A stretch of DNA of 64,000 nucleotides from Paraspadella gotoi (GCA_051294375.1 CM119268.1:5331313-5395312); one strand, 5' to 3'; positions 26,447 through 39,317 are shown, counted from the stretch's first letter. Numbers and translations are program-made. The notes: generated from the sequence alone by a model not told the origin.

Positions 26447-29400
26447 ATGATTTCCCGCGACGACGCCGAATGTCCCGTCGAATCCAAGCTCTGGGGTGGG
26501 CGATTCGCCGGCGCTACCCACGAAGCGTTGGAGAAGCTGAACGCCTCCGTGGATTTCGATCGGCGTCTCTGGCGCGAAGACGTCCAAGGCAGCAAAGCCT
26601 ACGCCGCCTGCATTCATCGAGTGGGGCTTTTGACGGACGAAGAGCTCGAGAAGATGATTCGAGGTTGGCTTGCCTCTCGGAAAAGATGGATGATTTTGTC
26701 TCTCTCTCTCTCTCTTTCACACACACACACACACACACAGACAAATATATGTATTACATTCCCACCCTCCCGTCTCCCAAGGCCTCTCCGCCGTCTCGGC
26801 CGAGTGGGAGACCGGCTCCTTTGTCCTCGTTCCCAGCGACGAAGACATTCACACGGCGAACGAGCGACGCCTCGGGGAAATCATCGGCGCCGACGTCGCC
26901 GGAAAACTTCATACCGGCCGATCGAGAAACGATCAGGTTTGAATAATTTTTCCCAGATGTTTAAAGAGGTTTAAAGAGATGGTTAAAGAGGTTTCCGCTT
27001 GGACCAAACACAATCTTGTATGAGGGATTAACTGACCGTAGCCTGTTTAAAGTCGAGGGTAAGATAGCTTCCCAAATAAATGACTGGATAACTTCTATAT
27101 TGGTTGTAGCAATTTCTTTCAACAACTACCAAAACCTTCAAGGTGGCCGTCGACTCTCGACTCTGGACGAAAGGCGCCGTGGAATCCATGAGAGCGGAAG
27201 TTGTCTGCCTTCTCCGTGCGATGGCCCGACGGGCGCGGGAGCAGCTGGACGTCCTGATGCCGGGATACACCCACTTGCAACGGGCGCAGCCGGTGAGGTG
27301 AGACTATTTATATCGATGATGATTTTTCTCTTCTTTTCATTTGCTTCTCATATGGAACCATTGGCTGATTTTCTCTTGTTTTTATTTGCTCCTCAGGTGG
27401 AGCCATTGGCTGATGTCCCACGCCTTCTACATCCTCGCCGATCTACGCTCCCTCGAGTCAATGCTCGACTCGCTAGACGAGTGTCCTCTCGGCGCCGGAG
27501 CTTTGGCCGGAAATCCTTTCGGGGTCGACCGAGAGGCGTTGGCCAAGGAGTTGGGGTTCGCCAGGGCCTCGCCCAATAGCATGAAGGTCCACAATAGTAC
27601 CTTATTCAGCCTGCGGCACCCCGCGGGAAGCCGTAAGAGTTAGAGTCGGGCCGAGAAGGCGCAAGGAACGGACGAAAGAGACCAACGATCGCAGCCACGG
27701 CGGGCGGGGCGAAGCAGGCGTCCGAAAACAATGGGGGGGGCGGTGGGGGAAGTTAGAATCTGATCTACAGGGACTCAAATGGCACGTACTGCGAAGACAC
27801 ATCAGGCCACCATCTCCGACGCAGCTGCTCTCCCATCTACCCTTGTGTGCAAAAAGGACTCACCTCGTTGGATTCCACGGAGTCCTGAGGCAGAATAGTT
27901 ACGTCACTGTTTTTTTTTAACCATGCAATTCGAACAAATTTCACATCCTGTACAGTTTCTAGTATATTTTTTAAGAGCTTAAACGATTAACCAAGTCTCG
28001 TCAATCAGATTTGCATTAGACCGCACAATTTACCGGAAGTTGGCGTTGGACTACAATATGTTAATTTTTTATTTTAACTACAAATGAAAAGTTGCGTAGT
28101 TTTTTACGTAGCCTGCATTACTGAGACAAAAAATGTTATAAAGGGTTTTATCATAGTGGGCGTGTCCCAAACCGGAAATAGTGTCGATAATCAATTAAAT
28201 ATGTATTATTAAAAGTTTTTTCTATTTCAGACTGCCTAATGTTTTCTGTTATATAACAGTTTTATCACAAAGAATTATCATCCTTCATCATAAAAAAATT
28301 CCTATTATTTATCAATTATTACATCTTAAAAAGATTTGTTTTTTAATAGCCAAAGACTTTAACTTGTACTGTAAATATTCAAAATTTATTTTCAATTTCT
28401 TTCAATTATGAGACTTTGCTAATTTTTAACAATTCCTGGTTTTTAATTTTTATCCCCTCTACTATTTAATTTTTTTCATCGGTAATTTTTTTACTGTCAT
28501 ACCATTTTTTTGGTTCAAAACTATAGCCGGAAGTAGGTCCTTTTCATAAGTTTTTATGTAAATTCTTCTAGAGAGGAATAGCCCTATTATTAAGTTTTTC
28601 CAGGTGAGAGGAGTAAGAGAAAACATATCCATGGCATCAAAAAGTTAATCAGAGTATAATTTTCTTTTCTTTTCCTTATTGTGGTATTCTTTTTCGTTTC
28701 GTTGTGTTTGGCTTATTTAAGCGAAAACAAAGTTTAGATTTGTACTACAACATTTATTTAATTAGAAACAGAATGTTTCGACTTTTGCTCGAGTCTTCAT
28801 CAATGTTTTTTGACGGAATATCAACACTTTTTGCAAATAGTAAATGTGAGAGAGAGAAAGAGAGAGAAGAAAGAGAAGAGGAGAGAGAGACCACATATGG
28901 TGGACAGGAAGAGTGGTCAGAGGTGAGACAGAAGTGAAATGGTCAAACACAGAGAGAGAGAGACAGAGAGGAGAGGGAAGTACATATGATACATTTTTCT
29001 TTTCCTTGAAAAACCTTTAATCCAGCAAAAAAAATTATCATTTATTACCTATTATGTGACATCCTTTCTTTCGTCGCGTTTTTGGAATTATAAAGAGTTT
29101 GAAGTAGTTCAAGCAACGATTTTTCTTTAAACAGTGAAAATGGTTTTTTTTCAATATCTATCTCTCTCTCTCTCTTGGCCTAACCTAACTGTCTTCACCT
29201 CGAACCTCTATCCTTTTCTCAATCTTTGTTAAAAATTTTTCTCTCTCTCTTTCTCTCTCTCTCTTCCCTTACTCGCACCTAATTTCCACTCTCTCTTCCT
29301 TTCTCTCCTCTCTCTCCCAAATATTTTTGTGAAGTAAAAAAAACTGTTGACAATTTCTAAATCGCATGAAGACTTGAATAAAGGCCTTGATAGGTTCATG

Positions 29401-32400
29401 TAGATTTACAGGTTCATTTTTATACTTTCTGCTATATTTTGATCTTAAAACAAATCATTTTTCAAGGCAGTTCTTTTGTATTTTGCGCTCTCTCTCTTTT
29501 CTTCTCTCGTCTCTCTAACATGACTTTTTCTGGAACAATTTACCTTTACTCTGGACTGCTTTAAAAATGATTAGTTCATAAGGAATCAAAATGATTTGCA
29601 AAAAAGTAAGAAAATTATAACTTATAAATCCCACCCGAATTGCTGATTACTAAATATTTTTTTTATTCTTAGTTATATGCTCTAATACTAACTCATTAAT
29701 TTCCTGTGCAATGATGTTTCTTCAACCAACGAATAAAGAAATTAATATTAATTTCTGAATTTTAACAGTTACTAAGAAACGATATTTGTGACTGATATTT
29801 ATTTTGTATATTTGAGCTATAATAGTTTTTTATGATATATATTGATAATTCTTTGTTAGACAACTGTTACGAAATAACTATCTTTAATAAATATATTAAT
29901 CATGCTCGGTTTTTCTAATTATATTGTGTAAACCCACTGTTTCGTCCTTCAAACATGATAATTGAAGTACAATCAGGTGTGGAAGAGGTTGTCGCCGGTC
30001 AGTTTGTCGTCTGCCTCGTCACCGCCTGTCCGTTCAACCGTTTGTCAGTTTTTGTGTCATTTTCGTCAGTATTTTGACGGTTATTGACAAGTAAGTCCTC
30101 TGGGCGCATTTTTTGCATACTCAGCTTTTAAAATATTTCTTCCTTTCCTCTTTCCATCCCCTGCGACCGGATTATTTTAGTTGTTATTTCTAGAAACATG
30201 CTCAAGGTATTTGGTATGCTTGACATACCCAATAGCGGGGGTGTTACGAAATAACTATCTTTAATATTGCGAGAAATCCAGCTTCTCTACCTTTGTCCCC
30301 CGTTTGCTCTTTTGCTCTTTATTACTTTGACATCGAAAATTGCTGCCATTCTAGCGATCGACACGAATCTTTAGGCTCTTTCTTTTGTTCTACTTAAGTA
30401 CAGAATCCGAAGGCAGTGTACAGCTGATTCTGATTTGGTGCCGTGATCGATAGATTTCGATTAAATTCTTATCGAATTTCTACCCACGTGGCATCTTCAG
30501 ATCTCAAAACGTTGTCACTGGTTTTTAGTTCTTTTCAGAGCATAGAAACTTTATCAGATATCTTCGGATTTTATTTTTTGTGTGATCGCTGCTTTGGTTG
30601 GAACTTTTCTATGAGAGAAGCATCTCTTTTTGTGTTTAATATTGGCTTTCGAAACAAGTAAGAAAAGACACTTTAAAATTTTATATATATTTGCTGAGTT
30701 TGTGATAAAGTTTTGCTTACTCTTTGCCCCAGACTTCTAACTACAACTACAGCTACAATTCAAAGCTACTCCTTCTACAGCTACTACAAGCTACGACTCC
30801 TACTACAAGCTATAAAGACTACTTCAACGACTACAAGCTTTACAGACATTTCGTCAGTCCTGTGGGCTTAGTGGGACAGTGTCATTTCGGCCTTAGCCGA
30901 ACGGTCGTCTACTGAGACTTTGTCGTCAGCATTTCCTCCAGGGGTCTGGACCGGCGCCATCTCTCTTGCTGCGCCATTTTATACCCAATTCCATCTGGTC
31001 TTCAATGCGCAGAATTAGTCCAGTCAGTTAGATTCAAAGACGCCACTTCTCCGAACTTAGTTCAAAACAACACTATAATTGACAAAAAAAAACATTATAT
31101 TTATAGTTGTCAAAAAACTATTAATATTGCTATTTTATCAGTTTTTGAGCGTTTATTTCCGGGTTTGGACACTCCCACCTATGGGTAAGAAGCTTTTTTT
31201 AAAAAAAATTTTAAAGTAAAACTTATTAAATAATGAAGTAACTTAAAATTTAGGCAATTATTATTTTTATAAAAACTTTTCTTATCTTGCATTAAAAAAA
31301 GAAGAAAAATTCCATGTTGTAGTCAACGTCAACTTCCGGTCAATTGGTGCGTAGGTCTACGCAAAATCTGATTGAGGGAGACCTTGTTAATCGTTTTAAG
31401 CACTTAAAATTATACTAAAACGTACAGGATTGTAAAAAATTTTCGACTGCATGGTTAAAAAAAAACCAGTGTTAAATAGTTACTTATTCAGCTGCAGCAC
31501 CCCGCGGGAAGCCGTAGAGTTAGAGTCGGGGCCGAGGAGACCCAGGACGACCTAACCCTACACAGCCATATAAGGGGACCCCCCTAAAACAATCACCCGT
31601 ACCTTAAACCACCCAAAACTCAATCCAGACCTGAAAAAGCAGCGGGACCAAAACCCTTCGGGAGTATTATCCTAAAAAGTGTTAGATACACCGCCATAAA
31701 ATGGAGAAACACAAAGAGAACTATGGTGAGGAGGGACGGTTGTGCCAGATGGAGAGGGAAGGGAAACAGGTAGAGACAACCAAACCGGGGTGGCAAGATG
31801 GAGGGAGAACGGAAGGAAAGAGATGAAAGGGAAGTCAGGTGAGGGACAACCAACCTGGGTTGGCAAGGGGATATCAAAAGAAGGAGATGAAGAGGGGAGC
31901 CAGGAGGGGGACAACCAACCCGGGGGGAAGAGGGCGCAAAAAGAAAAGACAAAGAGGGGAGACAGGTGGGGACACACAACCTCTTGGGTGGCAAGAGGGG
32001 ACGTCGAAGAAAGGAGACAAAGAGGGGAGTCAGGAGGGGGATGAACAACCTGGGAGGGGACAGGGAGGGAGAGGGGCCTGAGGAGGAGGGGGAGGAAAGG
32101 AGAGCTTTAGATAATTGAGGAGAGCAATCCGCGGGGTAGCAGAGAGCCTCAGAGCAGGGAGCGGGAGGGGGAAAGGGAGGGCGACGGGAAGGTAAGCGGG
32201 AGAGGGAAGAGGTCTCATAAAAACTGGACAGGAGGGGAAACGAATGCTGAAACAGCAATGCAAACAAACGCATCGCCCATGCAAGGGCTCACCTGATTGA
32301 CAAAACGCCTGCAAGATCAGCGGCATCCATTAAGCAAGAAAGCAACCATCTCTGCATTAATTAAAGAAAATACAAAATACATAACATGCCTGTAGCATAC

Positions 32401-35135
32401 CGCCACAGGTACAGTAATCAAAACAAAGGGCGGTTCGAACTAAGAAAACAAAACGAAAGGAAAATATTGCGAAAATTCACTTGCAGCGAAGGAACAGAGA
32501 CGAGCCAACATGGCAACCTGACCACATTTGAAAGCAGGAAGCGGTATTCAGATCAAATCCTTCGCTAGGACTAGAGGAGGCCAAGAAGGAGGAGCAGGAA
32601 GGGCCAGAAGGGGAGGCAAACACGAGGAGCAACACCCTGCTTGCCTTGGGCACGGAGGTAAGGGTTTGGCGAAAAAACCTTCTGCATACGGCGAATGATA
32701 ACAGAACCGGCATCGCCCGAAAGTTCCGAGTAGACGAAACTGGCGGCCCCACCGGCACTCGATGCAATGAGAACCTCGAGCTGAGAGATCATGCTCTGAA
32801 AACAGACTTGACCACCATACCAGAGCGCCTCTTAGAACTGGGAGGAGGCTGGTGTTCACGGTAAGAGTAGAGGCACTGAATAAGGTCAAGATCGCGGAAT
32901 AATCACCAAAATCGCCGCATTTCATTTTCATCTCGCACGATGCGCAGTGCGCGCTTGCGCAGCAAACGCATCTCCGGGGTGGCGACCTTAGAAAAGGCCC
33001 TGACAAGACAGGAGTCAGGAGCGCAAAGACTTGACCGCTCATGCGACTCAGCTCCAGAATCCACATCCGTTTCACCGACGTCCGAGCTCGAGACGTCATC
33101 CGAGGAATCCACATCGTAGGCTACAACTTCTTAGACTTGGAGGAGGCGGCTCCAGCGGCAGACTCAGACGTCGAGGCGCGGAAGCAGGGGCTTGTCCCAA
33201 CGAGACTTCTTGGAGGACGGTTTGACAGCACCGAGAAAGTCGCCGGGCACACACGGCGAAATAGCCCCTTCACGCGAGAAGAATCCAGACCCTTGGAGCA
33301 GTCGACTGACTTCCGAATAGAGAGCAGACACCCCGCAAAACTGCTCACGGCCATCGGCGGAGTCGGGGTCGGTAAGGCGGAAGGATTGGACGTCGCGATA
33401 CCCATTACGACCAGCTTGGCCACCATCTCGGTGGAAAGACCGTAGTGGAAACAGACATATTTGAAGTCCAAGGGCATCCGCAATTTGAGCCGTAGGGACA
33501 AAACCCCTCTGGAAAGGGGGTCACAGCGACGTTGACATCAGACGGAGGAGAAAGCGACATGATCGCAATAACAATGTCTCGGAATTTAGATAATTAAGAA
33601 ACCTGTAGTAAACTAGAGAGAGGCAAGCATATAAACGCAAACAGAAATAAAATAGTAAAGAGTCCGAAACCCGGAGTGGTCAACAATGTCCAAGCAACAG
33701 GCGGCGACGAGCGGCCCGGTGAGCAAAAGACTCACCTCGTTGGCATCCCACGGAGTCCTGCAGGCAGAATAGTACAGACGATCGAAGTGGGTGAAAAAGG
33801 ATGTAATAATAGAAAAGATTAAAGAGTAAGATAGAGTGGAATACAGTTGAATTGAATGGATTGGGATGAATGAATGAAGTGGAAAATAATAGTGAATATA
33901 ATGGAATGTAAAGTTTCCTATCCCTTCCTCATTATCTTTTTATTTCCCGCTCTTTCTATCCTCTTCTCTTTCTCTCTTCTCCACATCTTCCCTCCCATCC
34001 TCCCTTTGCCCCCCACTTCCCCCACCTCAGCGACCAGCGACCGTGACTTCATTCTCGACTTCCTCTACTGGTCTTCCAAATCCGCGACCCACTTGAGCCG
34101 ACTCGCCGAAGACATCATCATCCACTCGACCAGCGAGTTCGGGTTCGTCCGCCTCGCCGATGCATTCTGCACCGGGAGCAGCCTCATGCCGCAGAAGCGC
34201 AACCCGGACTCGCTCGAACTGATCCGCGCCAAGGCCGGTCGCATGACGGGACGGTTGACGGGTCTCTTGACCACGATAAAGGGGACGCCCTCGACTTATA
34301 ACAAGGACTTGCAGGTGGGAGGGTGGAGAGAGATTGAATTCTGAGAGATGATCGAGATTGTAACGCATCGAATTAAAAAAAAAAATCTTTAAAACATGAA
34401 ATTCAAATCTGAAAGTCTCTTTAGGATTAGAAACGCTATTATCTTACGTATAAACATATTTTATGGTTGTTAACCCGATTAAGTTTCTTCTTTTCATTTG
34501 AATATTGCATAACATATATAGCATCGGTAAAGATTATTTATCTCATCTTTTAGTTTTACAAAATCGGTTTTCTTTCAAGTATTTATTTATTTATTAATTG
34601 TACTTTTTAAAAATTCTTTTTCTTTGCACCCACAGGAGGACAAAGAATGTCTCTTCGACGCCTTCGACACGATGATCTCCGTCTTCCGCGTCGCCGCCGG
34701 CGTGGTCGATTCGCTCGTCGTCGACACCGCCCGCGCCCGCGACGCCCTCTCGCCCGACATGCTCGCCACCGACCTCGCCTACTTCCTCGTTCGTCGGGGC
34801 GTGCCGTTTCGGGCGGCCCACGCTCGGGCCGGAGAGGCGGTAGCCCTCGCGGAGGCTCTGAACCCGCGACGTCCCGATCTGGCCAAGCTGACGACGGAGC
34901 AGCTCAAGTCGGTGCATCCCGCTTTTGACGATCAGGTCCGAGGGAAAGGGGATTTGTTTAATTGACTTATATGATTCGAGCCGATCAACCAATGAATTCA
35001 ATCAACCAATCAAACCTTCAGGTTCGCACCGTCTTCGACTTTGAGGCGAGCGTGGAGCAGTACGACGTTCTTGGTGGGACGGCGCGTGCTCGCGTGCTGG
35101 AGCAAATTGAAGAGATCGAGGCTGCGCTAAAGTGA
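26447..35135 (+). CDS. ASL: Argininosuccinate lyase; exons approx. 26447-26663, 26782-26936, 27143-27297, 27397-27586, 34031-34314, 34636-34935, 35022-35135 (1-nt phase discrepancy at the exon 4/5 junction)
   Basis: [58 protein letters not shown], fumarate-lyase signature [46 protein letters not shown]. Confidence 0.95.
27903..31474. mobile_element. Non-autonomous TIR DNA transposon (CACTG...CAGTG termini at 27905 and 31471, TIRs about 280-320 bp) flanked by 9-bp direct repeat AATAGTTAC
   Basis: CACTG-T(n)-AACCATGCA..CATCCTGTAC..TCAATCAGATTT..ACCGGAAGTTG..GACTACAA at the left matches the reverse complement of 31310-31471; homology extends to 28150-28180 versus 31153-31183. AATAGTTAC at 27894-27902 and 31475-31483. 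Confidence 0.75.
29865..30847 (+). mobile_element. Possible degenerate LTR-retrotransposon fragment nested in the TIR element
   Basis: 25-bp direct repeat TGTTACGAAATAACTATCTTTAATA at 29865 and 30242; purine-rich AATAGCGGGGG directly before the second copy; tRNA-His-type primer site TGGTGCCGTGA at 30436-30446; CTACAAG-like tandem repeats at 30740-30845. Confidence 0.35.
32630..33560 (-). pseudogene. Frameshifted gag-like ORF1 remnant of the element above
   Basis: Stitching frames gives an N-terminal [29 protein letters not shown] segment, an acidic linker, [20 protein letters not shown], and a C-terminal Cys/His cluster (..RQF..G..GRCRF.H..C.R.....P...CP) reminiscent of DIRS/Ngaro gag zinc fingers. 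Recognised from memory, not by search. Confidence 0.4.
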
Positions 35136-35613
35136 CTTCGCGCCAATAACTCTTTAGGAGAATGAATCAAACTCGCCCTTTTTTGTCTCAAGTGTGATTT
35201 TTGGTGGAACTTTTATGCCACTACGTATACTCCAATTTGATTATTGTTTTAGCTGTTACTTGCCGGTCCTTGTCGCGTTTTGCTTGGGGTGTCAATCATT
35301 TATCGTTAACTTTGACTTTTTGAGTCATTTTACCATATTTTAGGGGAAAACTTACCCGACCTTTTTTTTCATACAAATACCTATGTTTTTTCTGTTTTTT
35401 CGATTTTCTTATTGTTTAAACAATATTGTGCAATATTATCTCATATTGTCCAACTTGGTTCATTCGTTATAGCTATTTTTCTTCTGCCTTAACATCAATG
35501 ATGCTCTTTAGTCTTTTTCTTCAAGCGACATTTTATTTTTAAGGTCTTTTCTTTAGACAACAACCTTGCTAAAAAAAGATTCGACTGAACTCTTGATCCG
35601 GAACCCGACAGCC

Positions 35614-38443
35614 ATGGGATCGCTCTTCCGTTCAGAGGAGATGGCCCTGTGCCAGATGTTCCTCCAGTCCGAAGCGGCCTACGCTTGCGTGTCCGAGCTC
35701 GGCGAGCTGGGTCTGGTCCAGTTCCGCGACCTCAACCCGGATGTAAACGCCTTCCAACGAAAATTCGTCAACGAGGTTCGTCGCTGCGACGAGATGGAGA
35801 GAAAGTTGCGTTTCTTAGAAAAGGAGATTCGCAAGGACGAGATTCCGATGCTGGACACAGGAGAGAATCCCGACGCGCCGCAGCCTCGGGAGATGATCGA
35901 TCTCGAGGCCACCTTCGAGAAGCTGGAGAACGAGATGAAGGAAGTCAACACCAACGCCGAGGCGCTCAAGAAGAATTTCCTCGAACTCACAGAGTTGAAG
36001 CATATTCTGCGCAAGACGCAGTTGTTCTTTGAAGAGTCGGAGCGCAACGTGGTAGAAGATGCTCAGACGGCTTTGGCTACGGAAGCCGTCGACGGGATCG
36101 CTCCGGGTGTTGCCGCCGGGTCTCCCTTGCGTCTTGGATTCGTCGCCGGCGTTATTCTTCGCGAAAGGCTTCCCGCCTTCGAGCGCATGCTATGGCGCGC
36201 CTGCCGTGGCAACGTATTTCTGCGCACGGCGGAGATCGACGCGCCATTGGAAGATCCCGTGACTGGAGATCAAGTTCACAAGTCCGTCTTCATCGTCTTC
36301 TTTCAAGGCGATCAACTCAAGACGCGCGTCAAGAAGATTTGCGAGGGATTCCGCGCCACACTCTATCCTTGTCCGGAGACGCCGGCTGAGAGGCGCGAGA
36401 TCGCCGTGGGCGTGATGACACGCATCGAGGATCTCAACACGGTCTTGGGACAAACGCAGGAACATCGTCATCGCGTCCTCCTCGCCGCCGCAAAGAACAT
36501 CAAAGTTTGGTTCATCAAGGTGAAGAAGATCAAAGCGATTTATCACACGCTCAACCTATTCAATCTCGACGTGACCCACAAGTGTTTGATCGCCGAGTGT
36601 TGGGCCGCCGTCACAGATTTGGAAAAGGTTCAAATGGCTCTGCGTCGCGGAACCGAGTCTTCGGGGAGTTCCGTCCCTTCCATCCTGAATCGGATGTCGA
36701 CCAAGCAGACGCCGCCCACTTTTCATCGGACCAACGTCTTCACGGCGGCGTTCCAAGAGATCGTGGACGCATACGGCGTCGCCAATTATCGGGAGGTCAA
36801 TCCGGCGCCGTTTAGCATCATCACTTTTCCCTTTCTCTTCTCCGTGATGTTCGGAGACGCTGGCCACGGATTCATCATGTTCCTCTTCGCTCTCTTTATG
36901 GTGCTGAGGGAACGGCATTTTCTCGCCAAGAAGAGCGACAACGAGATATGGAACATCTTCTTTGGAGGGCGTTATGTCATTCTCTTGATGGGCATCTTTT
37001 CCGTCTACTCTGGTCTGCTCTACAACGATATCTTTTCCAAATCGGTCAACATCTTCGGTTCGTCTTGGATCCCTGGCGACGTCTACACCGAAGAGCGGTT
37101 GGAGAAAGAGAAAGAGTCCATCATGCTGAACCCCAACGATTCCTTCACGGGCTCGCCGTATCCCTTTGGTCTTGATCCCGTCTGGCAATTGGCCGAGAAT
37201 AAGATTCTCTATCACGATTCACTGAAGATGAAGTTGTCCGTCATCTTTGGCGTCTCTCAGATGCTCTTCGGAACGACTCTTTCACTGTTTAATCACAGGT
37301 GAGTGTGAGAGGGGAGAATCTCGCCTCACTTCTGATCCTTCAGAAAAAAAATCTTACGACGTTACATGATAGATGATTTCCAGATGACACTAACATCAAT
37401 TAACAACTAAAATTTAAATAGTATCTCAAATATTTATGAAATTGGTACAACCCATAGGCTATAAAAAGTTATCCATTCATTTGATAATTAAGCTGTCTTG
37501 CCCCTACTTTCGACAGTCTATTTGACAAATAGTAAAATAAGTAATCTTGCAATTTTCATGTATCGTCTCGGAATAAAAAAAAATATTAATGATGCTTTTT
37601 CATATTAACAGATACTTCAACAGACCGTTGAATATCACGTTCCAGTTCATTCCGGAAGTGATCTTCATCAGCGTCACCTTCGGCTACTTGGTCATCCTTA
37701 TCTTCGCCAAGTGGCTCAGCTCCTATTACTTCGAGTACTCCAACGAAGCTCCCTCTCTCTTGATCGGCCTCATCAACATGTTCCTCTTCAAATACGACGA
37801 GAAGAATCTCGACATTTCGGCTCAAACTTGGTTCACCGGCCAAAAGGCTCTCCAAATTATCTTCGTCCTAACGGCGCTGGCCTGCGTTCCCACGATGCTG
37901 TTCGTCAAGCCCTACATCCTTTACAAGAGGCACCAAGCTAGGAAAACCCAGATGTCAGGCGGAATGGGCAACGACGAGAACGCGGAGGTCGTTCACCACG
38001 ACCAGCTGCAGCCGCAGGAGGCGCAAGAGGAAGAGGAGTTCGACATTGGCGACATCGCCGTCAAACAGGCCATCCACACCATCGAGTATTGTCTCGGGAC
38101 CATCTCTCACACGGCCTCTTACCTGCGATTGTGGGCCTTGTCCCTGGCCCACGCCCAGCTCTCTGAGGTGCTGTGGAACATGGTATTGCGCATCGGTCTT
38201 TCTTGGCCCGGATGGGTCGGCGGAGGTCTGGTCGCCGGCACCTTCGCGTTTTGGGCGGTGCTGACCATCGCCGTTTTGCTGCTCATGGAAGGCCTCTCCG
38301 CCTTCCTTCACGCTCTTCGTCTTCACTGGGTAGAGTTTCAATCAAAGTTCTACACTGGAGAGGGATACAAGTTCCAACCCTTCTCCTTCACCACCATCAT
38401 CGACTTGCAATCTCCTGGCGGAAACGATTTGCAGGAACGCTGA
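35614..38443 (+). CDS. ATP6V0A1: V-type proton ATPase V0 subunit a (116 kDa); exons 35614-37298 and 37612-38443
   Basis: [34 protein letters not shown]-terminus, [73 protein letters not shown]. Symbol given by family; Vha100-1/a1-like. Confidence 0.96.
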
Positions 38444-39201
38444 GCCGATTTGAAAGCAGATGGAAATCTGATGTTGATGTTAATTCTGAAAAAAAATATT
38501 TTTTTTTTACTTAATAGGGGAATAAAGAATCAAAACTTTTTTTTTTCGAGTTATAGAACTAAAATGTCAATAACTAGTAATTTTTACTGGTGTACGATTC
38601 AATTTATCCGAATTAATTGAAAAAACGTCTCTGGACTGAAATACGAAACACGTAGCACTTAATCATTAGTCATTCCTTAGTATCTCCTTGATAGTGTACG
38701 GTGTTTTTTTATTTAATTTTCTAATCTTTTTTGTTACACACGGTAATGTGAAACTTTCTTCTTTTTTTTTTGCTTTAAGTGGTAATCACTTGATTTGTAA
38801 CACCTTCGATGGGGAACCTATTTTTGTTTTTCTGTGAAATTTTTTCCTAGTACGCTCTTATGGGGTTTGCAGCTACTCTTAGCGCATCCTTTGTACTGTC
38901 CTCTTAACTAATATGCCGGTATTTCATAATTTTTATTCTCTCAACACTGATAAATAATACCCGAAAAAAACGTTTTATAACTATAATCTTCAATTCTTCT
39001 TCTAGTCATTTCGGTGTTCCACTTTTGTCTTAACAACGTAATGTTTAATCTCGGTGTATTGTGATTAAAACCATTCTTTATCTCCAGGACTAGTTGACCC
39101 TTTTAGTAAAAAAATTCGATTCCTTGTTTAAAACAAACAAAACTTGACGGTCAATGTGAACTTGCGAAGTGAATTTACCTCGTGAAGGGAAGACGTAAAC
39201 C

Positions 39202-39268
39202 ATGAGCGAGGATCTCGGTAAGTTTTGCCCATTCCCTCGCCTCCTGGAAATCATTGTAAAAGCTTAAT

Positions 39269-39317
<49 letters not shown>

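Larger units (their letters stand above)
27593..33775 (-). mobile_element. Non-autonomous tyrosine-recombinase (PAT/Ngaro/DIRS-type) retroelement with split direct repeats: A1 33722-33775, B1 31475-31536, A2 27849-27902, B2 27593-27656
   Basis: GACTCACCTCGTTGG(C)ATYCCACGGAGTCCTG(C)AGGCAGAATAGT(T)AC occurs ending at 27902 and at 33775; AATAGT..CTTATTCAG(C)CTGCRGCACCCCGCGGGAAGCCGTA(A)GAGTTAGAGTCGGG starts at 27593 and at 31475; AATAGTAC at both outer ends. Family assignment is an inference from architecture. Confidence 0.62.

Noticed and set aside
28780-29380. Internal inverted repeat within the TIR cassette
   Set aside because: Similarity is mostly (GA)n versus (TC)n low complexity with a few short matches.
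31620-32326. 217-aa and overlapping ORFs as RT or recombinase of the split-repeat element
   Set aside because: Low-complexity Pro/Ser/Leu translation of a GA-rich tract; no YxDD or R-H-R-Y motifs.
26447-35135. Horizontal bacterial origin of ASL (argH)
   Set aside because: Six spliceosomal introns and animal-type motifs ([30 protein letters not shown]).
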